From an uncultured Armatimonadetes bacterium (GTDB lineage Bacteria; Armatimonadota; UBA5829; DTJY01), in the NCBI GenBank assembly GCA_963717145.1, contig OY970325.1, positions 1,280,001-1,344,000 of the forward strand: 64,000 nucleotides of DNA, given 5' to 3'. Below the pieces are notes generated by a model, which did not search any database, had not been told where the DNA came from, and saw nothing but the letters and a program-made list of their open reading frames with translations. Numbering within the stretch: position 1 is the stretch's first letter; the number at the start of each line of letters is the position of its first letter. A program made the position numbers and the translations under genes. This document shows, piece after piece, positions 17,671-31,137 of this stretch.

Positions 17671-19137
17671 GTAACAGTTCACGCTTGGGGATAACGAGTT
17701 TGATCAGGCAGGGAAGAGGACAGACTTGCCTGCGAGCAGTTGCCTGCATGATTCGAGCATGTCCAGACCCCTGACGTGCCATGTGCCAAACAGACTCATG
17801 AGCGTCATCTTTGTCTCAGAACCCTTCTCGCTTCTCGTCCCGCCGCATACCTTGCGCGCGATCACACACGGCCTCAGCGCTCGTTCTGCGCCATTGTTGT
17901 CCGACGGTACTTCCGGGTACTCTACGAACATGAACAACTCGTGCAAGCGATCTATGAATCTCTTTGCCAGCGTCTGCTGTGGAGCATCTGAGCCGACATA
18001 CGGACCTGAGAGCGCCTCTACCTCTTCCTCGAAGAGTACTCGCTTCCACTTGCGAACCTCCGCCTTCTTGCTCCGGAACTCCTTTGCCCGATCGTAAACA
18101 CCCTTCACCGCATCCGCCCATGCGATGACGCCCGTGTCGTCCGCGTTCCTCTCCTTCAGTTTGTGCAGATCCCTGGCCAGATGTGCCCAGCATATCTGGC
18201 GGTCTGCAACTACCGGGTTGTATCCGGCATAGCAATCCGTTACCACTACCCCTTCGTAGTCGCCGCCTATCGTTTCCTTCGGGATCTCTCCACTCCGACT
18301 CCGCCGGTAGATGAAGTATCGCACGTTCTTAGTGGAGAAGGTCCAGATGTATCCGTTCAGCCCATCCTCTCTCCAGCCCGTCTCGTCTGCGTTTATGTAT
18401 GGGCTTCCACGTACAAGCGAGAGTAGCCGCTCTTTCTCTTTTTTGCCACAGTCTGCCACCGTGTGCAATATCTCGCTTATCTCTCCCACAGAGAGCTGAA
18501 GACCATACAGAGCCTTCAGCAATCCCTGTATCGTCCGCTTTGTCATGCGACCTACCGTCGAAAGATACGATATCAGGCTCATCAGGTTCACGCCTACCCG
18601 ATGCTTGCCTACAACCTGGCCGGAAAGGTCAACCTTCGGCACATGACTCTTGCCACAGTATCCGCATCTTCTGGCGATGAACCTGTGCTCGACTACGTCC
18701 ACAGGCACGATGGGGATGTCGATGACTTGGCGGAGTCTCTTTACCGTGCCCCCTGTGAGCGCTCGGCCGCAGTCCGGACACTTCGAGTGCGCGTGCTCGA
18801 CTACACGGGTGGGTGTCTCCCGCCTGCGCACGAACGACTTCTTGCGCTTCTTTCGTTCAGCTGCCCGGCGCTCTTTGCGGTTCGGCTTCACCCAGTCAGG
18901 CACGGATGGGGAACTGCCATCACCGCCGGAAAGCCTGGCGCGAAGGTCTTCGTTCTCCTTCTCCAGGTCGCCGATACGCGCCACGAGTTGGGGAACTAGA
19001 CCTTCCAACTGGCTGACCCTGGCCTCAAGCTCCTCGTATGTCGGCTTGGATTGCTCGCTCACACTCCTTGGTTCGAGACGCTCCCAGCAGGTTCCTTCTT
19101 CTTACAGACAAAATAATCCCTAAGCCTGAACTGTTAC
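17671..19137 (-). mobile_element. IS66-family insertion sequence (single-gene type), 1467 bp
   Basis: TIRs GTAACAGTTCACGCTTGGGGATAA / GTAACAGTTCAGGCTTAGGGATTA; 8-bp direct repeat CAAGCTCA at 17663-17670 and 19138-19145. Confidence 0.95.
17704..19062 (-). CDS. IS66 family transposase
   Basis: Coiled coil, CPDCG/CGYCG zinc finger, ADETGW, VTDCYAGY, QICWAHLARD, DNNGAERALR. Confidence 0.96.
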   Translation of the reverse strand: MSEQSKPTYEELEARVSQLEGLVPQLVARIGDLEKENEDLRARLSGGDGSSPSVPDWVKPNRKERRAAERKKRKKSFVRRRETPTRVVEHAHSKCPDCGRALTGGTVKRLRQVIDIPIVPVDVVEHRFIARRCGYCGKSHVPKVDLSGQVVGKHRVGVNLMSLISYLSTVGRMTKRTIQGLLKALYGLQLSVGEISEILHTVADCGKKEKERLLSLVRGSPYINADETGWREDGLNGYIWTFSTKNVRYFIYRRSRSGEIPKETIGGDYEGVVVTDCYAGYNPVVADRQICWAHLARDLHKLKERNADDTGVIAWADAVKGVYDRAKEFRSKKAEVRKWKRVLFEEEVEALSGPYVGSDAPQQTLAKRFIDRLHELFMFVEYPEVPSDNNGAERALRPCVIARKVCGGTRSEKGSETKMTLMSLFGTWHVRGLDMLESCRQLLAGKSVLFPA

Positions 19138-19212
19138 CAAGCTCAGGCGTGAGAAACTGGTAAAAATACCAGGTCGGGGATGCAGGGCTGACCATCACCG
19201 CAACCCTCTCTC

Positions 19213-19992
19213 TCAGATGGAGAGGGGGTCTGCTTCCGACTCCTGGCTTCTGACCCCTGACTCCTCATGCGCGTGGCGGAGGTAGGCGTCGAGGACGGGG
19301 GCGACGCCGTCGTCCATGCGGATGACGCCGGAGTCGAGCCAGAGGACGCGGTTGGCGACGGTGCGGACCGCCCTTAGGTCGTGGGAGACGAAGATGATCG
19401 TCTTGCCCGCCTGCTGCATCTCGCGGACCTTCGCGTAGCACTTCTGCTGGAACTCCTCGTCACCGACGGCGATCACCTCGTCCACGAGCAGGATGTCCGG
19501 GTCGATCTGAGTCGCGATGGCGAACCCGAGGCGCAGGACCATGCCGTTCGAGTAGGTCCGGATCGGCGCATCGATGAACCGCTCCAGTTCGGCGAACGAG
19601 ATGATCGCATCGAGCCGCTTGCGGATCTCCCGGCGGCTGATGCCGAGGATCGAGGCGTTGAGGTAGATGTTCTCCAGGCCGGTGAGGTCGGTATGGAATC
19701 CCGCGCCGAGATCGAGCAGCGCGGAGACCCGGCCATTGACCTCTACCGTGCCGCTCGTGGGCCGGTAGACGCGCGCGAGGATGCCGAGGAGCGTGCTCTT
19801 CCCCGAGCCGTTCTTGCCGATGACCGCGAGCGTCTCCCCGGCATCGACGCCGAACGAGACGCCATTGAGCGCCTCGATGTCCTCGACCCTGGCGCGCAGG
19901 AACGAGAGCATCAGGCCCTTGAGGGAGCCGGCCCGCCCGTGTTGCAGGCGGAAGGTCTTGTGCAGGTTTTCGACTCTGACTGCTTGGGTCAT
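19213..19992 (-). CDS. Polysaccharide/polyol-phosphate ABC exporter ATP-binding subunit (Wzt/TagH-like)
   Basis: GKNGSGKST, YSNGMVLRLGF, LLVDEVIAVGD; start placed at MTQAV (19992). Confidence 0.93.
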   Translation of the reverse strand: MTQAVRVENLHKTFRLQHGRAGSLKGLMLSFLRARVEDIEALNGVSFGVDAGETLAVIGKNGSGKSTLLGILARVYRPTSGTVEVNGRVSALLDLGAGFHTDLTGLENIYLNASILGISRREIRKRLDAIISFAELERFIDAPIRTYSNGMVLRLGFAIATQIDPDILLVDEVIAVGDEEFQQKCYAKVREMQQAGKTIIFVSHDLRAVRTVANRVLWLDSGVIRMDDGVAPVLDAYLRHAHEESGVRSQESEADPLSI

Positions 19993-20008
19993 GTGCCAAT
20001 CCCACGCT

Positions 20009-20251
20009 GTAGGGGCGTGCCTTGTGCCGCCGGCGAGCGACGTATCGGGCGGCACAAGGCACGCCCCTACGGTGTATGTCGTCGGGCGGCATGAAGCGCG
20101 CCCCTACAGCGTTGTCATTTGTAGGAGGGATTTGCCGGGATGATTGTGCCCGGTAATCCCGAACGATGTCCATCGGGATTACCGGGCACAATCATCCCGG
20201 CAAATCCCTCCTACACCGAGTATGAGTATGAGTAGGAGTAGGAGTATGAGT
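20009..20251. repeat. Cluster of repeat elements between wzm and wzt
   Basis: GTAG doublet 20009-20070 plus a third arm to 20107; perfect 43-bp-arm GTAG palindrome 20120-20215; hexamer run GAGTA(T/G) 20218-20251. Confidence 0.92.
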
Positions 20252-20252
20252 C

Positions 20253-21083
20253 CTACACCTGCTCGGCGAAGATCCACTTTCTGCTGTTGAAGAACGCATA
20301 GCCCGCCGCGAAGAACAGGAACGATGTGAGCGCGGCGAGGGCGAGATACCGGAAGTCCATCGGGATGTCGTGGATCGTCGCCGACTCGAACGGCGGGAGC
20401 AGGATCTTCCGGTAGGTGATCATCAGCACCGAGAGCGGATTCCACCACAGCGCCTTGATCGCGATTTCCCGCCACGGGCCCGGGATCATCGCCGACTGAT
20501 AGATCTGCTCCGAGAGATAGACGATCGGCGTAGCATAGAACAGCAGGCCGAGCACGACCGTCGCGACGTATTTGATATCCTCGTAGAACACGTTCAGGCA
20601 CGAGACGAAGAACGCGATCCCGAGGTTGAGCATGAGCTGGATGAAAACGACGAACGGCAGCATCCACCAGGTCGCGAGGATCGGCGTCCCCAGGATCAGC
20701 AGGTAGATGAAGAACACGCCGAGCGCCAGGATGAAATGCGCCAGGTTCGAGAGCACCGCGGAGAACGGGAGCGCCTCGCGCGGGAAGTAAATCTTCTTCA
20801 CCAGGTCGCCGTGCTGGAGGATCGACTGGCTCGCGTCGAGCACCGACATCTGGAAGAAGGTCCACGGCAGGAACGCGCACAGGAGGTAGGCCGAGTAGTT
20901 CGGGATGCCGATGTTGAGCACGTACTTGAAGACGAGGGTGATCGTGGCGACCTGCAGCAATGGATTGGCGAGCGACCAGAAGAACCCGAGGACCGAGTTC
21001 TTGTAGCGGACCTTGATGTCACGGATCACGAGATTCAGCAGAAGCTCGCGGTACTTCGCGAGTTCGGCAAGCTCTTTGAACAT
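20253..21083 (-). CDS. Polysaccharide ABC exporter permease (Wzm/TagG-like)
   Basis: RDIKVRYKNSVLGFFWSLANPL, KKIYFPRE, FYATPIVY, NPL. Confidence 0.94.
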   Translation of the reverse strand: MFKELAELAKYRELLLNLVIRDIKVRYKNSVLGFFWSLANPLLQVATITLVFKYVLNIGIPNYSAYLLCAFLPWTFFQMSVLDASQSILQHGDLVKKIYFPREALPFSAVLSNLAHFILALGVFFIYLLILGTPILATWWMLPFVVFIQLMLNLGIAFFVSCLNVFYEDIKYVATVVLGLLFYATPIVYLSEQIYQSAMIPGPWREIAIKALWWNPLSVLMITYRKILLPPFESATIHDIPMDFRYLALAALTSFLFFAAGYAFFNSRKWIFAEQV

Positions 21084-21133
21084 ACGTCCGCAGTATATCC
21101 CCGCCGGCCCTCGATGTCAAATGGTGGGATGCC

Positions 21134-22240
21134 CTAGCCCTTACCAGCGGCTTTCTTGGCGTCCTGCGCCCGCTTGAGGAGAGCAGTGGCCTCCTCGTCA
21201 TCAGGGGTGAAGTCATCGAGAACCGTGCGGCAGAACCTGCTCACGGCTTTGTACTCGCCTGCATCGAGCACCTTGTTCGCAAGGTTGAGTGAGAAGCCCC
21301 CGCAGGTACTGTGACAACACCGCTGAACTCGGCACGAGGAGAGAAGCCACTTCGCAGCCTCGGCGGGGTTGTGCTCATCAAGCGACATGAGGCCGAGGTA
21401 GGTTTCGGCTTCTGTCGTGTCACAACCCGGGCCGCCCTCAAAGCCTTCTTTATCGCATCCCCTCACCTGACTGAAGGCCTCTCTCGCCTGATCCAGGCTT
21501 CCTACTTCCTTGAGGCTCCTTCCGTAGACTACCAGCAGTCCGGGCTTGGATGTCTCATCTGCATTCGGGAGAGCTCCCTTGCAGACGGCAACTGCTTCGG
21601 CATTCCTTCCGAGGTCAAGCAGGAGATCAGCAAGCTGGTCAGAGTAGAATGGAGCATAGAAACGATCGTCGCCTGCTGCCGTAATCGCTGCCCGAAAGTA
21701 ACCGATTGCCTTCTCTGCCAGCGGCATGTCGATCTCGGCTGGGAAGGCAGTGCTCTCAGGCAGCCCGTAGTAACGCAGGAATCGCGCCTTGGCCTCTTCA
21801 TCGCACCATTTCGGGGGAATGGCAGCCCTCTCGCACGTCAGCGCAAGCATCCAGAGCAACTCCGGCTCCTTCCGGCCCGCCTTGACCTGCGCCTCAAACC
21901 TGGAGATGACGTCACGGAGGTACGTACGATCGAGGTAGAAGGCAGAAGCGTTCCTGAAGTAGATCTCCGTGTTGGCGGGATGGTGCTCGATCATCTTGAG
22001 GGTGTGGTACTTCAGGCGCGTCAGAGCAAATGGTTTGCATTCGAGCCTCCGAGCATACCAGCGGATGGCCGTGGCCCGCTGAGACTCATCCTCCGGATGC
22101 GCCTTCAGGTATACCTCGAAGTTGTCTGCGTCCGGGGAGGAGATTCCCGGTGGAGAGAGAAAGATATCGTCTGCAGTGGCAGACCAGGCGACGACACTCA
22201 ACAGCATAAGTGCCGTGATCGGAATCATCATTCGCTTCAT
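21134..22240 (-). CDS. Secreted TPR-repeat protein
   Basis: Signal peptide MKRMMIP..., GAGG RBS, TPR-like helices (LGRNAEAV, GSLDQAREAF). Confidence 0.7.
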   Translation of the reverse strand: MKRMMIPITALMLLSVVAWSATADDIFLSPPGISSPDADNFEVYLKAHPEDESQRATAIRWYARRLECKPFALTRLKYHTLKMIEHHPANTEIYFRNASAFYLDRTYLRDVISRFEAQVKAGRKEPELLWMLALTCERAAIPPKWCDEEAKARFLRYYGLPESTAFPAEIDMPLAEKAIGYFRAAITAAGDDRFYAPFYSDQLADLLLDLGRNAEAVAVCKGALPNADETSKPGLLVVYGRSLKEVGSLDQAREAFSQVRGCDKEGFEGGPGCDTTEAETYLGLMSLDEHNPAEAAKWLLSSCRVQRCCHSTCGGFSLNLANKVLDAGEYKAVSRFCRTVLDDFTPDDEEATALLKRAQDAKKAAGKG

Positions 22241-22385
22241 GGCACACCTCGGAGATATCGTTATGGCAGATACCCTAGTTGTATGACAGAGCACTCGCCG
22301 ACTAGTTGCATGGATGAGTGAGTCTGTGCCGAATGCCACGGTGATTGTCTTCCTGTCTGCAAGCCATTCTGAGTCCCAGGACTTT

Positions 22386-22619
22386 CTACTCGTGCTCGAG
22401 ATCGCGTGCCCTTTCACGTAGCAACTCCTCCGTCAACGACGGCCCGTCTTTGATACAGCCGCAGAGGAACGAAATCGGGTCGTCCGGAACCGGCGTAAGC
22501 ACGATGCTTCCGCCTCGTTCGGTCACGGCAAGGCGCTGGCCGGGCTTGATGTGCAGCTTCTCCCGAATCCGCTTGGGAATCGCGATCTGGAACTTAGATG
22601 ATGCGCGGAGAGTTGTCAT
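22386..22619 (-). CDS. AbrB/MazE/SpoVT-family antitoxin
   Basis: SSKFQIAIPKRIREKLHIKPGQRL; 77 aa. Confidence 0.88.
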   Translation of the reverse strand: MTTLRASSKFQIAIPKRIREKLHIKPGQRLAVTERGGSIVLTPVPDDPISFLCGCIKDGPSLTEELLRERARDLEHE

Positions 22620-22703
22620 CAGCTGTACCTCAGGCGACTGCGTTTTAACTTCACATGCATCATACCACGTTTGTCGCCATTGGCAAAGCTGTCTTGACGG
22701 AAA

Positions 22704-22732
22704 AGCCCCAGGATCGATTCGATCCTGGGGCT
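22704..22732 (-). terminator. Probable intrinsic terminator after the PEP-CTERM gene
   Basis: 14-bp inverted repeat AGCCCCAGGATCGA followed by T run on the minus strand. Confidence 0.65.
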
Positions 22733-22756
22733 CTTTGTGACTGCTGATCGGGGGAT

Positions 22757-23368
22757 TCAGCGGTTCCTGCGTCGGAGCGCAAGGGCGAGACCTGGAAGGC
22801 CGATACCCAGTGCCATAAGCGAAGACGGTTCCGGGATGGGTACGCACTTCGTAGCGACTTTGATGTCGGTCACGGCGAATCCGCCATCCGTCAGCCACTC
22901 GAACCACTCCTGGGCCGGTTGAGGCCGGATGGTCCACTCGATCGTCCTGCGGAAAACACCGCCTCCGAGATCCTCCGTTGCCCAGGTGGGAGGCGACCAC
23001 ACGCCTGTACTGCCGTGCAGGTTCTGGTTCATGGGATCCGCGATAGCGCCCGGTCCGGTTTCCCGCCACGTGTACTGGAGCCAAACGAGTTTCTGCTTCG
23101 TCGGGTCGGCTTGGTTGTGAACAAACAGGATTGTTGAAGTATCCCAAGGTTCAGGACCCGGACCGATTGAGACTCCCGCCTCGAATCCGGATCCCCAGGG
23201 AGCAGCCGTGTTCTCGATAGCCGTGCCGCCGGCGATCACAAAGTCCCGCTGGACATCGGCCGAGCCGAACCAGGCCGGAAGTCCCTGAGCGAATGCCGAC
23301 GACGATGCCAGCATGACGACGACTGCCAGCAAGCTGAATACCAGCAATCTAGTCGGTACGATCTTCAT
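22757..23368 (-). CDS. PEP-CTERM sorting-domain protein
   Basis: Signal peptide; C-terminus IPEPSSLMALGIGLPGLALALRRRNR. Confidence 0.92.
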   Translation of the reverse strand: MKIVPTRLLVFSLLAVVVMLASSSAFAQGLPAWFGSADVQRDFVIAGGTAIENTAAPWGSGFEAGVSIGPGPEPWDTSTILFVHNQADPTKQKLVWLQYTWRETGPGAIADPMNQNLHGSTGVWSPPTWATEDLGGGVFRRTIEWTIRPQPAQEWFEWLTDGGFAVTDIKVATKCVPIPEPSSLMALGIGLPGLALALRRRNR

Positions 23369-23834
23369 CTTCTTTTCTCCTTTGCCTACAATGTGCCGGG
23401 GCCCGGGGCCGGCCGGCCAGTGGAAATCGGCAGGATCAATGTGTCCTGTTGCGCCGGTTTCCGTCAGGTGTCTTGATGCGTTGACATCTCTCCGTCAGAT
23501 CGACGGGAACACTGGGTTTGCTGCCCTTGTTACTCACCTCCCCGGCATCTTCGCAGAGAGTTGACCGACGCTGGTCTGGGCGGAGTGCATTCAAATACGC
23601 AACCTGGAACTATGCTGCGGCAGGATAGTATGCTGTCCTGGGGGTTTGCCTCGAATGGCCAATGCTCCAAGCTCGACGCTTGGTGACTCAGCCTTATCTC
23701 GCAAGGATACTCATCGCCGATTCGCGAGTCTATGCGTTATTGTAACATTTGTAACGAAATTGTCAAGACATTTTGCAGGGGCTTAAGCAAAACTGGTATT
23801 TTTGCTGGGTCTGGCCGGAGTGCCTCTCAAATGC

Positions 23835-23869
23835 AAAAAGCCTCCGAACCCTAGTGGATTCGGAGGCTT
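23835..23869 (-). terminator. rrn operon terminator
   Basis: AAGCCTCCGAA/TTCGGAGGCTT stem followed by Ts, directly after 5S. Confidence 0.85.
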
Positions 23870-23878
23870 CATGATTAA

Positions 23879-23995
23879 GCTGGCAACGACCTATTCTTCC
23901 GGAGGCTTGTGCCCCAAGTACCGTCGGCCCTGGAGAGCTTAACTACCGTGTTCGGGATGGGAACGGGTGTACCCTCTCCGGTAACATCACCAGCA
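23879..23995 (-). rRNA. rrf: 5S rRNA
   Basis: Conserved CCCGTTCCCATCCCGAACACGG core; ends approximate. Confidence 0.95.
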
Positions 23996-24052
23996 AACTG
24001 CTGCGGGATGCGCATAGAAAACTGCACAGCGGGGGTAGAATCTAAGATTTAA

Positions 24053-27043
<2,991 letters not shown>

Positions 27044-27203
27044 AAAACTCTCTACTCGATTCAATCGTAGATTTACCCTTCCGCTATGCAGTTTTCAATG
27101 TGCATTCCGCTCGGCGCTTGCGCGCCGCCACGCTGTGCTTTGCAGTCGTGGAAAACTTGTTTTCAAATACTTCCTGCGCCCTTCGTCCAGCGCACGAGAC
27201 CGC

Positions 27204-27232
27204 ATTATACTGCAGCCCGGGTCGGAAGTCAA
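27204..27232 (-). promoter_or_regulatory. Consensus-like promoter inside the 16S-23S spacer
   Basis: TTGACT-17 bp-TATAAT followed by a GC-rich discriminator, oriented toward 23S. Confidence 0.6.
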
Positions 27233-27294
27233 GGTGTTTCCGCAAGATCATACCCGAGGGCAGTCTTGCGGGAACACTTGTGCCTCAAAGGATC

Positions 27295-27370
27295 TGGTGG
27301 AGGCTAGCGGGATCGAACCGCTGACCTATTGCGTGCAAAGCAATCGCTCTCCCAGCTGAGCTAAGCCCCC
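27295..27370 (-). tRNA. tRNA-Ala(TGC)
   Basis: 76-nt cloverleaf, anticodon TGC, encoded CCA. Confidence 0.98.
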
Positions 27371-27373
27371 ATA

Positions 27374-27450
27374 TGGTGGGCCTAAGTGGATTCGAACCAC
27401 TGACCTCATCCTTATCAGGGATGCGCTCTAACCAACTGAGCTACAGGCCC
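27374..27450 (-). tRNA. tRNA-Ile(GAT)
   Basis: 77-nt cloverleaf, anticodon GAT, encoded CCA. Confidence 0.98.
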
Positions 27451-27726
27451 ATGTATCGGTTCGCCCCGGCTACTCGCTCTCCGAGTCGCCAGTAAGAGGC
27501 ACAAATATAGGGAAGACTCACGCCTTCCCCTGATGTATCAAGGTGCTGTAAGCCAGTTCGGATACTGTGTTATGTTTGTGTGACGTCTACCGTCATGAAC
27601 ACTCCCAGCACAGAATCAACCTTAACAACTGAATAGTGCAAGCGAAGCGACCAGGTAAGATCGACCTAGGTTTCCTGTGATCGGATTCCGACTGCTCGAG
27701 AGCAGGCGGGTCCGGCCACCTGGAAT

Positions 27727-29277
<1,551 letters not shown>

Positions 29278-29522
29278 AAAAACTACAAAAACTGACCACC
29301 ATCCAGAAAGAAGCGCCCTACTAGAGAGCAAATCTTAGAGGAAAGCACTCAGTTTAATTAGCTTTCATAAGAGACTGGTGGACCTTCTCGATTTCTCGAT
29401 CGGACCCGGTTTGAACTTACCTGACATCCACATTGTTTCACTGGAATCAACGTGTGCTCCGCTTGCACTATTCAATTGTCAAGGTTCTTGCGTGGAGGAA
29501 ACTCCTCCAGCGCACAACGATC

Positions 29523-29655
29523 ATTATACCGCCCCGGTTCCGGAATGTCAACACTTATTTTGGACTTGGCTCAATTATTTTTCAGCCAGCATCCAAAGCG
29601 CGCATCCCGATCCAGCGCAGGGTTGTATCTTACCACACTCCCTCGGGCCTGTCAA
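29523..29655 (-). promoter_or_regulatory. Tandem rrn promoters
   Basis: TTGACA-17-TAAGAT (29655-29627) and TTGACA-17-TATAAT (29551-29523). Confidence 0.85.
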
Positions 29656-29839
29656 TCACATTTCACCGAGAATGCAAAAAGTTTCTTCCCACTAACCTGC
29701 GGAGGCGAAACACAGAGGATCAGGTACGTCGATAACGACTGTCGCACGCCCCAGTTTGCATCTCCGCAGGAATGGGAATCCTATGTCTGCGCATCCAATT
29801 TGGATACGCATCATGTGAAAGGAGGTTTCGATAAGGAAC

Positions 29840-31084
29840 ATGAAAGTTACTCGACTTGCGCTAACTCTGGGACTCATCGCACTGCTGCTGGTCCCCTGTG
29901 TAGCAGACACTGATGGTAAGAAGGGCACCATGGAGGGGCCCACGTGCGGGGTCAACGCCGATGTGGGCGTGATGGACGAGGCTCTTAGCCAACAGGCGTT
30001 CAACGCCACCGTCCAGCCTGGTCCGAGGGTCAAAGCAGGACTGCCACTCTCAGCGGACGTGTATGTGAACGGTGCGTTGGCGATACGCATTCCGGCATCA
30101 GCCGCCGGACTGACTCCGATGCAGCGGGCCGAGATCGTCGCAAACCGCCTGAACGTCGCGTTCGCCGGCGGGAAATCCTGGCTGGACTCGCAGGTTCTGG
30201 CGAAGGATGGTCTATGGACCTTCAGCATCGGCGATGATCTGATCGCCACCGCTGACGCCAACTCGGCGCGGGCCTTCAACACTCAGACCGGGGACCTTGC
30301 CGGCATGTGGGCGCGTCAGACTGTTATCGCGCTCGGCGGCGAACCTCAGATGATCGCCGCTCAGATCATGCCGACGACAGCCATCGCCGGATCGATGCAG
30401 GAACTCGGCGGAGCAGCCTGGATGGTCGCGCCGATCAAGACCGTGCCGTCGCTCAATGTATCGTCACGGGAATCGGTGGGGAGCATCACCGTTGGTGGGA
30501 CTCAGAGCAGTCTGGACAGGGTCACATCAGTGGCGGTCTATGCATATGCCAAGAACAACGCCAACATCTGGCTGTTCGTGCCGACTACGACCAACTCGAT
30601 CACCGGCAGCATGGTCCCGAGAGTCACGGCAGTTGGCGTCATCCGCGTGCCCTCTGAGTTGTTGCCCTTGCAGGACATACTGATGGGCGATGAGGCGACC
30701 GGGGCGATGAACGTGCTGACGCCCACTCAGTGGAACACGTCGATCAACGAGCAAATGGCGGCTTGGAAGGTCACCCTTCAGGGATCGACCAAGGTGGTGC
30801 CGCTGTATTCGATGCAGATGAACCACGTGATCGGCGCTGCCCAGGTCGTCGGTGATGTCGGCGGACTGACACAGACTCAGGCCGTCATCGCTTCCGACGC
30901 AAACGGCGTCACGTCATTCGGTGCAACTTCGGTCGCGCCGGGGATGATCTCCGGCCAGCCTTCGATGCTCAGCAGCGTCGTTGTCTCGGCCCTGATCTTC
31001 TACCCGACCGGCGGGATGACGAGCCCGGAAACGACGGAGACGCCGGAAACGACCGAGATGATGGATATGATGGAAATGGAATAG
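29840..31084 (+). CDS. Secreted hypothetical protein
   Basis: AGGAGG upstream, signal peptide, 414 aa with normal codon usage. Confidence 0.75.
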   Translation: MKVTRLALTLGLIALLLVPCVADTDGKKGTMEGPTCGVNADVGVMDEALSQQAFNATVQPGPRVKAGLPLSADVYVNGALAIRIPASAAGLTPMQRAEIVANRLNVAFAGGKSWLDSQVLAKDGLWTFSIGDDLIATADANSARAFNTQTGDLAGMWARQTVIALGGEPQMIAAQIMPTTAIAGSMQELGGAAWMVAPIKTVPSLNVSSRESVGSITVGGTQSSLDRVTSVAVYAYAKNNANIWLFVPTTTNSITGSMVPRVTAVGVIRVPSELLPLQDILMGDEATGAMNVLTPTQWNTSINEQMAAWKVTLQGSTKVVPLYSMQMNHVIGAAQVVGDVGGLTQTQAVIASDANGVTSFGATSVAPGMISGQPSMLSSVVVSALIFYPTGGMTSPETTETPETTEMMDMMEME

Positions 31085-31097
31085 AGACACACCCCGA

Positions 31098-31132
31098 GGG
31101 TCGGGCCTCCCTTTCCTGGGGAGGCCCGACCC
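31098..31132. terminator. GC-rich hairpin between convergent genes
   Basis: 14-bp perfect stem GGGTCGGGCCTCCC; no clear T tract. Confidence 0.55.
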
Positions 31133-31137
31133 GCACG

